Of a DNA stretch of 45,880 nucleotides, positions 8,918-18,313 are shown in pieces. The notes beneath the pieces were generated by a model. The model was not told the origin of the DNA and did no database searches. It saw nothing but the letters and a program-made list of their open reading frames with translations. The translations under genes and the position numbers were made by a program. This DNA is from Clostridium sp. GTDB lineage: Bacteria > Bacillota > Clostridia > Clostridiales > Clostridiaceae. Where the stretch lies: assembly GCA_012512905.1 (NCBI GenBank), contig JAAZDF010000031.1:1-45880 (forward strand), given 5' to 3'. Within the stretch, counting starts at the first letter, position 1, and each line of letters begins with the position of its first letter.

Positions 8918-10249
8918 ATGGAAGAAAATAAGAACAAAGATGTTGAAACAAATGTTTCAGAAGAAGAAGTAGAAACAGAGGAAGTAGTGACAGAAGAAGT
9001 AGAAGAAGTAGAGACAGGAGCAGTAGAGACAGAAGAAGTTGAAGCTGAGGAAGTAGAGGTATCTTCAGAAACTGAAGTTGAAGAAGAGATGTCTATGGAA
9101 GAAGCAATGGAGGAAATATCAATAGACAAACTAAATGAAGGCGACATAATTGAAGGTAAAATCTTAAAAGTAGATGCTGATGAGATTGTAGTTGATATAA
9201 ATCATTCTTCAGATGGAGTTGTTAAAAAGAAAAATTTAACACACGATTCAAATGAAGATTTAACAGAAACATTCACAGTAGGTGATGTTATAAATGTTAT
9301 GGTTTTAGATGCTGGAAACGGTGAGGATGAAGTTAAATTATCTAAACTTAAGGCAGATGGTTTAAAAGCTAAAGAAAGAGTTTTAGAAGTTATAGAAACA
9401 AAAGAACCTATTGAAGTTAAAGTAAACAATGCAGTTAAGGGTGGACTTAGAGTAACTTTTAATGGACTAAGAGGATTTATGCCTGCATCACTTGTTTCAA
9501 ACACTTTTATAGAAGATTTTAAGCAATTTGAAGGTAAAACTTTAAAAGCTATAATAATTGAGTTTTCTGAAGAAGAAAACAGACTAATATTTTCTAGAAA
9601 AGAGCATTTATTAAATGAATCTAAAATAGATAGAGAAAAACTATTTGAAACTTTAAAAGCTGGAGATTCTGTTGAGGGTGTAGTTTCTAACTTGACAAAT
9701 TATGGTGCTTTTATAGATCTTGGCGGAGCTACAGGGCTTGCGCATATAAAAGATTTATCATATAAAAGAATTAATCATCCAGAAGATATTCTTAAAAAGG
9801 GTGATAAAGTAACAGTACATGTTCTAGATATAGACAAAGAATCAGAAAGAATTTCATTATCTCTTAAAGATAAAAAGAATGATCCTTGGAACAATCTAGA
9901 TGATACAAAAGTAGGGGCAATTTTAACTGGTAAAGTTAAGAAAATTTTAGATATTGGTGCAATAGTACAAATACCTAATGGCCTTGAAGGTTTAGTGCAC
10001 GTATCTGAAATTAGTAAGGCACACGTAAATCATCCTAAAGATGTTTTAAGTGAAGGCGAAGAAGTTGAAGTTAAGATTCTTAAAATAGAACCTAATAGAA
10101 GAAGAATTAGTCTTTCTATAAAAGAAGCTAAAGATGGAGAAGATACTTATCAAGGAGACTCTAGCAGTTACTACGAAGAAGATTCAGTAACAATAGGAGA
10201 CGTATTTGAAGATCTACTAAGTCAACTTAAAGATAAAGAGGACAAATAA
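8918..10249 (+). CDS. rpsA: 30S ribosomal protein S1-like protein, four S1 domains, with an acidic repeat N-terminal extension
   Basis: Four S1/OB motifs: GDIIEGKILKV, VKGGLRVTFNGLRGFMPAS, GDSVEGVVSNLTNYGAFIDLGG and GAILTGKVKKILDIGAIVQI. The start is uncertain. ATG 8918 has no SD. ATG 9089 (MSMEEAMEE) corresponds to where Bacillus-type S1 proteins begin. Confidence 0.8.
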   Translation: MEENKNKDVETNVSEEEVETEEVVTEEVEEVETGAVETEEVEAEEVEVSSETEVEEEMSMEEAMEEISIDKLNEGDIIEGKILKVDADEIVVDINHSSDGVVKKKNLTHDSNEDLTETFTVGDVINVMVLDAGNGEDEVKLSKLKADGLKAKERVLEVIETKEPIEVKVNNAVKGGLRVTFNGLRGFMPASLVSNTFIEDFKQFEGKTLKAIIIEFSEEENRLIFSRKEHLLNESKIDREKLFETLKAGDSVEGVVSNLTNYGAFIDLGGATGLAHIKDLSYKRINHPEDILKKGDKVTVHVLDIDKESERISLSLKDKKNDPWNNLDDTKVGAILTGKVKKILDIGAIVQIPNGLEGLVHVSEISKAHVNHPKDVLSEGEEVEVKILKIEPNRRRISLSIKEAKDGEDTYQGDSSSYYEEDSVTIGDVFEDLLSQLKDKEDK

Positions 10250-11695
10250 TTGAAAACCTTAGAAGAATTTGAACCTAAAAAAGTTATTTATTATTTTAAA
10301 GAACTAACAAAAATCCCTAGGGGTTCAGGAAATGAAAAAGAGGTATCTAATTACCTTAAGTCGTTTGCTGTAGATAGAAATTTAGAAGTTATTCAAGATG
10401 AAACTCTAAATATAATAATAAAAAAACCAGGTACAAAAGGCTATGAAGAATCAGATTCTGTAATATTACAGGGTCATATGGATATGGTAAATGAAAAATA
10501 TTCAGATGTTCCTCATGATTTTTCTAAGGATCCTTTAGAACTTGAATTAAAAGAGGATATGTTATATGCAAAAGGTACAACCTTAGGCGCAGACAATGGA
10601 ATTGCAGTTGCATATATATTATCTATATTAGATAGTGATGATTTATCACATCCTCCAATAGAAGCATTAATTACAGTAGAAGAAGAAACGGGCATGCTCG
10701 GTGCTTCTTCTATTAATTCTAACCATTTATCTGGTAAAACATTGATTAATCTAGATTCAGAAGAAGAAGGAACCTTCCTAGTAAGTTGCGCTGGTGGAGC
10801 TAAAAATATTATAAATTTAGATATAAAAAAAGAAAATAGCAAAGGTATTACCTATAAGTTAAGTGTTTCAGGTTTACTTGGTGGACATTCAGGCATGGAT
10901 ATAATTAAAGAACGAGGAAATGCTATAAAGATAATAGCTAGGGTTTTAGATGCATTAAGAGAAGATTTTAGTTTTAAACTTGTAGAAATATCAGGTGGAG
11001 CTAAAAATAATGCAATAGCAAGAGAAGCTTTTGCTTATATTTTATTAGAAAAAGAAAACCCGGAGATATTAGCATTTGTTTCAGACTTAAATAATATCCT
11101 TAAAAATGAATTTACTCCTCAAGATAAAGACTTAAAAGTAGAAATTAACAGAACAGAAAAATATTCAGGTTTAGTTTATACTGATGAGACAAAAAATAAG
11201 GTTATAGATATACTTAACGTATTACCTAATGGAGTTGTAAATAATAGTCAAGAAATAGAAGGACTTGTTGAAACATCTCTAAATCTTGGAGTATTAACTG
11301 AAATAGATAGTCACTTAGAATTAAATTTTGCTGTTAGAAGTAGTGTTAAAAGTAGGAAAGAGTATCTAATCAGAAAATTAGACATTATTGCTAAATTATT
11401 TAATAGCGAAAGTGTTGTTTTATCCTCTTATCCTGAATGGGAATTTAAAAGTGAATCAAGAGTGAGAGAAATATTTAAAAAGACATATCAAGAAATGTAC
11501 TCTAGTGATGCAAAGATAGAGGCACTTCATGCTGGTCTTGAGTGTGGAATTTTATATGAAAAGATGCCTCATTTAGATATGATATCTCTTGGACCCAATC
11601 TTTACGATGTCCATACACCAAATGAACATATGAGTCTAAGCTCTGTAAAAAACGTTTATGAATTCTTAGTTGAAGGGCTTAGTAGACTTAAGTAA
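10250..11695 (+). CDS. pepD: Aminoacyl-histidine (Xaa-His) dipeptidase PepD, M20C family
   Basis: Motifs LQGHMDMV, GADNGIAVA, EEETGMLGA and HAGLECG. TTG start at 10250, directly after the S1 stop, with AAGAGGA 8 nt upstream. No in-frame ATG occurs before the conserved N-terminal region, so the TTG is required. Confidence 0.85.
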   Translation: MKTLEEFEPKKVIYYFKELTKIPRGSGNEKEVSNYLKSFAVDRNLEVIQDETLNIIIKKPGTKGYEESDSVILQGHMDMVNEKYSDVPHDFSKDPLELELKEDMLYAKGTTLGADNGIAVAYILSILDSDDLSHPPIEALITVEEETGMLGASSINSNHLSGKTLINLDSEEEGTFLVSCAGGAKNIINLDIKKENSKGITYKLSVSGLLGGHSGMDIIKERGNAIKIIARVLDALREDFSFKLVEISGGAKNNAIAREAFAYILLEKENPEILAFVSDLNNILKNEFTPQDKDLKVEINRTEKYSGLVYTDETKNKVIDILNVLPNGVVNNSQEIEGLVETSLNLGVLTEIDSHLELNFAVRSSVKSRKEYLIRKLDIIAKLFNSESVVLSSYPEWEFKSESRVREIFKKTYQEMYSSDAKIEALHAGLECGILYEKMPHLDMISLGPNLYDVHTPNEHMSLSSVKNVYEFLVEGLSRLK

Positions 11696-11716
11696 TAATA
11701 ACATAGGAGTAAATCA

Positions 11717-12619
11717 ATGAATAAGAAAATCATTGGTATGCGAACAATAAAAACTTCGCTAGTAGTTATAATTGCATATTATGTTTCTAGTATAATACCG
11801 AATTCATTGGAATTCAGTTTAATATACGCAGCAATAATAGCCATAGATACATCTGTAACATCTAGTGTAAAAGTTGGGCTATATAGAGTTCTTGGCACGA
11901 TAATAGGAAGTGTAATTGGCCTGGTTTTTTCTTACTTACCTATTTATAAGGGAATAGCCATGTCTCTTGGAGTTATTGTAGTAATATTAATAACAAATTA
12001 TTTGGATACAAAAAAGGCTACAGGTATTGGAATAGTACTGGTTATTATAATTTTACTTGGATCAGAAGAGTACACTCCACTTTTATATTCTATTCAAAGA
12101 ACAATAGATACACTACTTGGAGTATTGATAGCTACTGTAGTAAACATAGTTATTTTTCCACCTGATCAGATGATGAATGTAAGAAATAGTTTTGAAGATT
12201 TTAAAGCTATTGCAAAAGACGTAATTCCAAGTGTTATTTTATTTAAATCCAATGAAGGAATAGACGTTATGAATAAAACATTAGGTGTTTTTTCTAGCCA
12301 AATGGATACTTTAGAAGGAGAAATGTCAATTCTAAGGAAAAGTGAAAATGAAGAATATTTATATTATAAAAAATTGTTAGAAGAATCAGAGAAAATAAAT
12401 ATATATCTAGAAACCTTGTCTTTAACAGATGAGTCTGTAGAGATAACAAAAGATAATAGCAGTAAATTATCCAAATACTTTAAAATGGATATTTATAAAG
12501 AGAAATATATATCTATAGAAACTTCGACTAGAGAAGAACTTATTTATAATTATACTTTGTCAAAACTTTTAAATTCATATGAGAAAGTAAATGCAGCAGC
12601 TAGATTCCCTAAAGAATAA
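11717..12619 (+). CDS. Aromatic acid exporter (ArAE/FUSC-like, UPF0421) family membrane protein
   Basis: N-terminal GMRTIKTSLVVIIAYYV motif, 4-5 TM helices, then a soluble helical C-terminal half. TAGGAG RBS. Confidence 0.65.
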   Translation: MNKKIIGMRTIKTSLVVIIAYYVSSIIPNSLEFSLIYAAIIAIDTSVTSSVKVGLYRVLGTIIGSVIGLVFSYLPIYKGIAMSLGVIVVILITNYLDTKKATGIGIVLVIIILLGSEEYTPLLYSIQRTIDTLLGVLIATVVNIVIFPPDQMMNVRNSFEDFKAIAKDVIPSVILFKSNEGIDVMNKTLGVFSSQMDTLEGEMSILRKSENEEYLYYKKLLEESEKINIYLETLSLTDESVEITKDNSSKLSKYFKMDIYKEKYISIETSTREELIYNYTLSKLLNSYEKVNAAARFPKE

Positions 12620-12620
12620 T

Positions 12621-12672
12621 AAAAAAACTACTGAGCCTAGGTATATAATAACCTGGAGTCAGTAGTTTTTTT
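12621..12672. terminator. Bidirectional intrinsic terminator
   Basis: aaaaaaactactga ... tcagtagttttttt imperfect hairpin (inner aggt/acct pairing), with an A-run and a T-run on either side, between convergent genes. Confidence 0.6.
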
Positions 12673-12674
12673 AT

Positions 12675-13433
12675 TTAGATAAGCTGTTTTCTTTCATTAA
12701 AGAATCCCTTATAGGCTAAATAACAACTAATGAAGGCAGCAATTGAAGTTGTAGACATCAACATAAAGGTAACCATTATTTGGTATTTTATAGCATATAA
12801 TGGGCTTACTCCAGCTAAGATTAATCCACTCATCATTCCCGGTAGTGAAACTATACCTAGAGTTTTTGCCCTATCAATAGTAGGTGTCATTCCAGTTTTT
12901 ATACTATCTTTTATTATATCCTTTGATGCTATATATATACTTGCGCCTAGAGAAAGCTTAGTTTCAACAGCAGCTGATCTATCTTTAAATGATTGGAGCA
13001 TTGTTTTGTAAGATAGGCCCATAGCAACCATAGCATTGCTTATTACCATTCCACCAACCGGGACAATTTGGCTAGGAATAAATTTTAGAGATTTAGTTAA
13101 AAGTAAAACTGATAAAGTAGTTAGGCTACCTATGGAAATAGCAATAAAGGATATTTTAAAGCTATTCTTAATTCCCTCTCCACGTTTATTAGCATTTAAT
13201 GAAGCATTAGTTATCATAAAAACTAAAATGAGTAATGTCAAAATGTTGTTATCTACTTCAAAAATATATTTTAGTATATATCCAATTATTGATAACTGGA
13301 TAATTGCTCTTACAATAGCTATAATTATTTCTTTTTCAAGAGATAATTTTTCTTTATAAGATATAAAAAGTGAAATAAAAACCAGTATTGAAGCAAAAAC
13401 AAGAGAAATATTTGTTATTTCTAGATTATCCAT
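12675..13433 (-). CDS. fetB: ABC-type iron export permease FetB (YbbM/UPF0014 family)
   Basis: 252 aa polytopic membrane protein. Overlaps the upstream ATPase gene by 8 nt. This is the family-typical pairing with a YbbL-type ATPase. Confidence 0.75.
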   Translation of the reverse strand: MDNLEITNISLVFASILVFISLFISYKEKLSLEKEIIIAIVRAIIQLSIIGYILKYIFEVDNNILTLLILVFMITNASLNANKRGEGIKNSFKISFIAISIGSLTTLSVLLLTKSLKFIPSQIVPVGGMVISNAMVAMGLSYKTMLQSFKDRSAAVETKLSLGASIYIASKDIIKDSIKTGMTPTIDRAKTLGIVSLPGMMSGLILAGVSPLYAIKYQIMVTFMLMSTTSIAAFISCYLAYKGFFNERKQLI

Positions 13434-14070
13434 CTACATCAATCCTTCCTTTGTCTATAATTAATTTTCTGTTACCAAGATTTTTTTGTTCTTCGCTATG
13501 TGATACCCAAAGAATTGTAACACCTTGTGAATTTAATTTTTTTATTGTATTCTCAATAATTAATGCATTTTCTGAATCGATAGAAGCAGTGATTTCGTCT
13601 AGTAATAAAACTTCAGGCTCTGTAAGAATTGTTCTTATAAGTGCGATTCTTTGTTTTTCTCCACCAGATAAGTTTTTTGGGTTTTTATCCAGTATACTTG
13701 TGGAAAGGGAAAATAATTCCAGGTATTTATATACTTTATCCATTTCTATCTTTTTTTCTTTTATTTCAAAAGGAAATTTCAAATCGTCAATAACTTTATC
13801 AGAAAATAAATGAGGTGTTTGAAAAATATATGATATTTTTTCTCTATATTTTTCAGGTTTAAATTCATTTATGTCTTGATTTTTATAATATATATTTCCC
13901 TCAGTAGGTGATATAAGATCACCAATAAGTTTTAAAAAGGTTGTTTTCCCACTACCTGATGGTCCTGAAATCATTATGAAGTCATTTTTATTTACACTAA
14001 ATGTAAGATTATCTAAAATTAGATTTTCATCTTTTTGATAAGTAATGTTCTTAAGTTTTAATATTTCCAT
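13426..14070 (-). CDS. fetA: ABC transporter ATP-binding protein FetA (YbbL family)
   Basis: Walker A GPSGSGKTT, signature LSGGEKQR, Walker B LLLDEITASID. 214 aa. GGAGG RBS. Confidence 0.8.
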   Translation of the reverse strand: MEILKLKNITYQKDENLILDNLTFSVNKNDFIMISGPSGSGKTTFLKLIGDLISPTEGNIYYKNQDINEFKPEKYREKISYIFQTPHLFSDKVIDDLKFPFEIKEKKIEMDKVYKYLELFSLSTSILDKNPKNLSGGEKQRIALIRTILTEPEVLLLDEITASIDSENALIIENTIKKLNSQGVTILWVSHSEEQKNLGNRKLIIDKGRIDVDG

Positions 14071-14400
14071 TTCTACGCCTCCATTAAGACAAATTAATTA
14101 GATTTATAATATAAAACTATAATAACATACTAGAAAATTAAATTAATTTGAAATATTTATAATAAATATATATTTTTCTAGTATAATAGTTATGTGATGA
14201 AAAATTAAGCTTATAAATGGAATCATCTTGTAGATTATTTTATAAGGTGATAAACTTAAAAGTAGGTAAATTTTAATCTATTATTATATCTATTTTAAGA
14301 AGAATATAGTAGTATGATAAGGTGATAATAGAATTAAAAGATTATAAATTACTTGCTAGATAAGTTCATGTAATGGTGGTTATATCTAGGAGGAAACAAT

Positions 14401-15078
14401 ATGGATAAAATCAAAGATATGCCACAAATGGAAAGACCACAGGAAAGATTACTTAGGTATGGACCTGAAAGTTTGTCTAATAGCGAGCTTTTAGCAGTTA
14501 TATTAAGGACAGGAACTAAAAAAACTAATGTAATTAAATTATCAAGTAATATTATCGATTCTTTTGGAGGATTAAACGGACTGCTAGAATCTTCTAAAGA
14601 AGAGCTTATGAAAATAAATGGAATAAAAGAAGCAAAAGCAGCACAAATTTTATCTGTAGCAGAGCTTTCCAAAAGATTTCTAACATTTAGAAGTGGTGAT
14701 GATTATAAAATTTTATCACCTGCTGATGCGGCAAATCTTTTAATGGTAGAGCTTAGAAGTTTGAAACAAGAAGTTTTGAAAGTGATACTTTTAAATACTA
14801 AAAATGCTGTAATAGGAACTTATAATGCTTCTGTTGGAAGTTTAAATTCTTCCATAGTCCACCCAAGGGAGGTTTATAAAGAAGCGATTAGAAAAAGTGC
14901 AGCTTCAATAATTATTGCACATAACCATCCATCTGGGGATCCAACTCCAAGCAGCCAAGATATTGCTGTTACAAATAGAATAAAAGAAGTTGGTAAAATT
15001 GTTGGTATTGAGCTTTTAGACCACATCATAATAGGTGATGGTAATTTTATAAGTCTCAAAGAGAAAAAATTACTTTAA
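14401..15078 (+). CDS. radC: RadC-family JAB/MPN domain protein (UPF0758)
   Basis: N-terminal HhH region ([13 protein letters not shown]) and JAB motif [23 protein letters not shown]. Canonical position upstream of mreB. Confidence 0.9.
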   Translation: MDKIKDMPQMERPQERLLRYGPESLSNSELLAVILRTGTKKTNVIKLSSNIIDSFGGLNGLLESSKEELMKINGIKEAKAAQILSVAELSKRFLTFRSGDDYKILSPADAANLLMVELRSLKQEVLKVILLNTKNAVIGTYNASVGSLNSSIVHPREVYKEAIRKSAASIIIAHNHPSGDPTPSSQDIAVTNRIKEVGKIVGIELLDHIIIGDGNFISLKEKKLL

Positions 15079-15098
15079 ATTGAAAGGAGAAATAATAA

Positions 15099-16115
15099 AT
15101 GCGATTTTTTGGAATGAGTAAAGATATGGGAATAGACTTGGGTACAGCAAATACCCTTGTTTACATAAAGGGTAAAGGGGTAATCCTCAGGGAGCCTTCA
15201 GTTGTTGCTTTTAATACAAATACAAACAAGCCACTTGCTGTTGGTTCTGAAGCTAAAAAAATGATAGGAAGAACACCAGGCAATATAGTTGCGGTAAGAC
15301 CACTTAAAGATGGTGTTATTGCTGATTTTGATGTGACGCAATTAATGCTGAAACAGTTTATAGAAAAAACTGCAAGCAAGTCTGCTTTTACATCACCTAG
15401 AATAATAGTTTGTTTCCCTTCTGGAGTAACAGAAGTTGAAAGAAGAGCTATTCTTGAGGCTACAAAGCAAGCAGGAGCAAGAGATGTAATACTGATGGAA
15501 GAGCCTATGGCAGCTGCTATAGGTGCGGGGTTACCTGTAGATGAGCCTTATGGATCAATGATAGTTGATATAGGGGGAGGAACTACTGAAGTAGCAGTTA
15601 TTTCCCTTGGAGGAATAGTTGTAGCAAAATCTCTACGTGTTGGTGGAGATGAAATGGATCAAGCAATCGTTGCCTATATCAAAAGAGAATATAATCTTAT
15701 GATAGGTGATAGAACCTCAGAAATGATTAAAGTAGAAGTTGGATCGGCTTTCAAAATAGAAGGGACAGAAGACAAAACTATGGAAGTTAAGGGCAGAGAT
15801 CTTGTAACTGGGCTTCCTAAGGTTGTTACAGTTAGTGAATCACAAATAAGAGAAGCTTTATCAGAGCCTGTTTCTGACATTGTAGAGGCAATAAAAACTA
15901 CATTAGAAAAAACACCACCTGAGCTTGCGGCGGATATTATGGATAATGGTGTTATGTTAGCTGGAGGAGGATCACTTCTAGCAGGTCTTGGGGAGCTTAT
16001 AAACTCAGAAACTCATATACCAGTAGAAATAGCAGAATCTCCACTAGACTGCGTTGTTTTAGGAGCTGGAAAAGCTTTAGATAACTTCGATAAAATAGCA
16101 AGAAGCTCTTATTAA
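15099..16115 (+). CDS. mreB: Rod shape-determining actin homologue MreB
   Basis: GIDLGTANT and [16 protein letters not shown] motifs. 338 aa. Confidence 0.95.
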   Translation: MRFFGMSKDMGIDLGTANTLVYIKGKGVILREPSVVAFNTNTNKPLAVGSEAKKMIGRTPGNIVAVRPLKDGVIADFDVTQLMLKQFIEKTASKSAFTSPRIIVCFPSGVTEVERRAILEATKQAGARDVILMEEPMAAAIGAGLPVDEPYGSMIVDIGGGTTEVAVISLGGIVVAKSLRVGGDEMDQAIVAYIKREYNLMIGDRTSEMIKVEVGSAFKIEGTEDKTMEVKGRDLVTGLPKVVTVSESQIREALSEPVSDIVEAIKTTLEKTPPELAADIMDNGVMLAGGGSLLAGLGELINSETHIPVEIAESPLDCVVLGAGKALDNFDKIARSSY

Positions 16116-16117
16116 AA

Positions 16118-16966
16118 ATGAAGAAACTATTTAGAAATAAGCTAACTAGGATAGTTTTGTCCTTTTTAGCTATTCTAATTGTAATTTTTTCTATAACTGT
16201 TTATAAAGATAATAAGTCTTTGGTAGAGAGTGGGGCGGGAGCAGCCCTTAATCCTCTACAGAAAATAACATATTCTGTTAATAAAAGGGTAGAAAATTTT
16301 ATTGATTTTTATTTAAGATATGATGAAGTAAAAAAAGAAAATGAAAACCTTATAGAAACAAATTTAGAATTAGAAAGTAAGCTTAGAGATTATGAGAAAA
16401 TAAAAAAAGAAAACATTGACTTAAATGATATGTTTGAGTTTAAAGATCGTAGAGATGAATATAACTATTTAGGTGCTAATATCATAAATCAAACTGGAAA
16501 AGGTATTATAACTTCATATACTGTAGATAAAGGCACAGAGGATGATATCAGGCCTGGTATGGTTGTCATGATTCCAGAAGGGATAGTTGGTCAAGTTGTA
16601 AAAACATCAAAAACTTGGTCTATAGTTGAAACTATTTCTAGTGAAAATATATCTATACACGTTAAATCTGTAGAAAGTAATTCAGATACTGGAATATTTA
16701 AAGGTTATAATAGTAGGAATAAAGATAACAGAGGAGCTATTAGTTTTATTCCACTAGAATCTGATTTAAAAGAAGGGGATACTGTTGTCACTTCAGGGTT
16801 AGGTAGGTTTTATCCTCCTGATATATATATAGGAAAAGTTACATCAGTAACTGAAGATAAGGGTAATCTAATGAAAAGGGCTATAGTTGAAACTACCCAG
16901 ACAATAAATAAAGTTACCAAAGTTTTTATTATAGTTCCGAAAGATTTAGAGGATATAAAATATTGA
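16118..16966 (+). CDS. mreC: Rod shape-determining protein MreC
   Basis: N-terminal TM anchor, coiled coil (ENENLIETNLELESKLRDYEK), beta-rich C-terminal domain, and position after mreB. Confidence 0.9.
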   Translation: MKKLFRNKLTRIVLSFLAILIVIFSITVYKDNKSLVESGAGAALNPLQKITYSVNKRVENFIDFYLRYDEVKKENENLIETNLELESKLRDYEKIKKENIDLNDMFEFKDRRDEYNYLGANIINQTGKGIITSYTVDKGTEDDIRPGMVVMIPEGIVGQVVKTSKTWSIVETISSENISIHVKSVESNSDTGIFKGYNSRNKDNRGAISFIPLESDLKEGDTVVTSGLGRFYPPDIYIGKVTSVTEDKGNLMKRAIVETTQTINKVTKVFIIVPKDLEDIKY

Positions 16967-17454
16967 TGAGATTTATAACTTTAGTACTAATTTCAATAAT
17001 TTTATTTATTTTAGATTTAACATTAATTCCTTTTTTCACGATATCTGGAGCATATGCTAGTTTACTATTCATATTCGCATCTATTTATGTAATATCTGAT
17101 GAATATGATTACGCACTAATATTAGGTTTAGTAACAGGTTTTCTTCAGGACATATATACTCCTTATGGATTTGGACTTAATATATTTCTAAATATTATAA
17201 TTTTTATAATATTTGTAAGAATTGGTAAAAGTATAAAAAGAGATAAAAAGTTTATTAATATTTTAGTAGTCTCTTTAGGACAAGCTATAAAATACTTGAT
17301 TGTATATGCTGTGTATAAAATATATAGCATTTCGAGTGACTTTAATGCTATAGTTCCAATATTTTTATATTCATTGATATTATCATTTATTATTTATAAT
17401 ATGGTAGAGAAATTTAAAAGAATACCTTTTATAAAAAGAGAATGGAAGTTTTAA
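16966..17454 (+). CDS. mreD: Rod shape-determining protein MreD
   Basis: Small polytopic membrane protein after mreC. The ATG at 16966 overlaps the mreC TGA by 1 nt. The ORF track starts at the TTG at 16963. Confidence 0.8.
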   Translation: MRFITLVLISIILFILDLTLIPFFTISGAYASLLFIFASIYVISDEYDYALILGLVTGFLQDIYTPYGFGLNIFLNIIIFIIFVRIGKSIKRDKKFINILVVSLGQAIKYLIVYAVYKIYSISSDFNAIVPIFLYSLILSFIIYNMVEKFKRIPFIKREWKF

Positions 17455-17516
17455 TTTAAAACTTCTTTTTTTTATAAAAAAAGGATTAAATTTTGAAAAA
17501 ATCTACCCAAATGTTA

Positions 17517-17525
17517 TGGTATAAT
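17517..17525 (+). promoter_or_regulatory. Extended -10 element TGgTATAAT upstream of minC
   Basis: tggtataat read at 17517-17525, 70 nt upstream of the minC ATG. The TTGAAA at 17493-17498 is 21 nt away, too far for a standard -35. Confidence 0.45.
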
Positions 17526-17594
17526 TTAAGAAGGGTATTTAAAAATCAACTAAAATAAAAGTTTAGTCTAAATAATTTATGTTTGGAGGTATAC

Positions 17595-18281
17595 ATGGTA
17601 GATAAAGAAGCTATAAAAATAAAAGGAAATCAAAATGGGTTAAATATAATAATTAATTTACTGGAATTTAATTCGATGGACAATTTATTGAATGGTCTTT
17701 TAGAAAAACTAAAACCACTTAAAAGTTTTTATAGTGGAAATACTGTTTATATAACTACATATCCCATTAATTTAGATGATAATAAAAAAAACCAGCTAAA
17801 AAAACCACTTAAAAATGAAATAGACTTTACGGAGATAATATTTAATGACTTGATTGAAGACAAAATTCAAGAAAAACAGGAAAAACAGGAAAAAAAAGAC
17901 ATTAATGCAGAAAAAGGAAAAAAAATCTTCAATGGAACAAAAGAAGGAAATACGAAATTTATCAAAAAAACATTAAGGGGTGGTCAGGTTATAGATTATC
18001 CTGGTAATGTTGTCATAATAGGCGATGTACATATGGGAGCAGAAATATTTGCAGAAGGAAATATTATTGTTCTTGGTGAACTTAGAGGAAGAGCTTTTGC
18101 TGGAGTTTCGGGTAATAAAGATTCTATAGTTGCAGCTCTTAAGCTAAACCCATCACTTCTTTCTATATCAAAAAGTCTTGCAAGACCTGTGGATAGTAAA
18201 ATAGAATTTCCAGAGGTTGCTATGCTTAAAGATGGGAGTATATATGTAGAGCCTTACATACCAGTTAAGTATGAGTATTAA
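17595..18281 (+). CDS. minC: Septum site-determining protein MinC
   Basis: C-terminal beta-helix domain GGQVIDYPGNVVIIGDVHMGAEIFAEGNIIVLGELRGRAFAG. ATG at 17595 with GGAGG 6 nt upstream. The ORF-track TTG at 17583 overlaps that RBS. Confidence 0.85.
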   Translation: MVDKEAIKIKGNQNGLNIIINLLEFNSMDNLLNGLLEKLKPLKSFYSGNTVYITTYPINLDDNKKNQLKKPLKNEIDFTEIIFNDLIEDKIQEKQEKQEKKDINAEKGKKIFNGTKEGNTKFIKKTLRGGQVIDYPGNVVIIGDVHMGAEIFAEGNIIVLGELRGRAFAGVSGNKDSIVAALKLNPSLLSISKSLARPVDSKIEFPEVAMLKDGSIYVEPYIPVKYEY

Positions 18282-18313
18282 TAATTATAAATAGGCATAA
18301 AGGAGAGAATTAA

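Noticed and set aside
8905-9147. 80-aa Ser/Thr-rich minus-strand ORF.
   Set aside because: It is the antisense reading of the GAA/GTA acidic repeat at the 5' end of the S1 gene and is a repeat artefact.
12730-13813. Plus-strand ORFs 12730-13011, 13036-13359 and 13388-13813 opposite fetB/fetA.
   Set aside because: The minus-strand genes carry unambiguous ABC motifs and permease topology. The plus-strand frames have no RBS or motifs.
14157-14171. Fur/PerR-like 7-1-7 sequence TTATAAT-A-AATATAT upstream of the iron exporter genes fetAB.
   Set aside because: It matches 12 of 14 positions, but the sequence is pure A/T in a spacer that is almost entirely A/T. The expected chance frequency is too high to call.
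17871-17897. Tandem 9-nt repeat gaaaaacag gaaaaacag gaaaaaaaa (EKQEKQEKK) in minC.
   Set aside because: It lies in the poorly conserved inter-domain linker of MinC. It is a trivial low-complexity duplication, at most a source of strain length variation.
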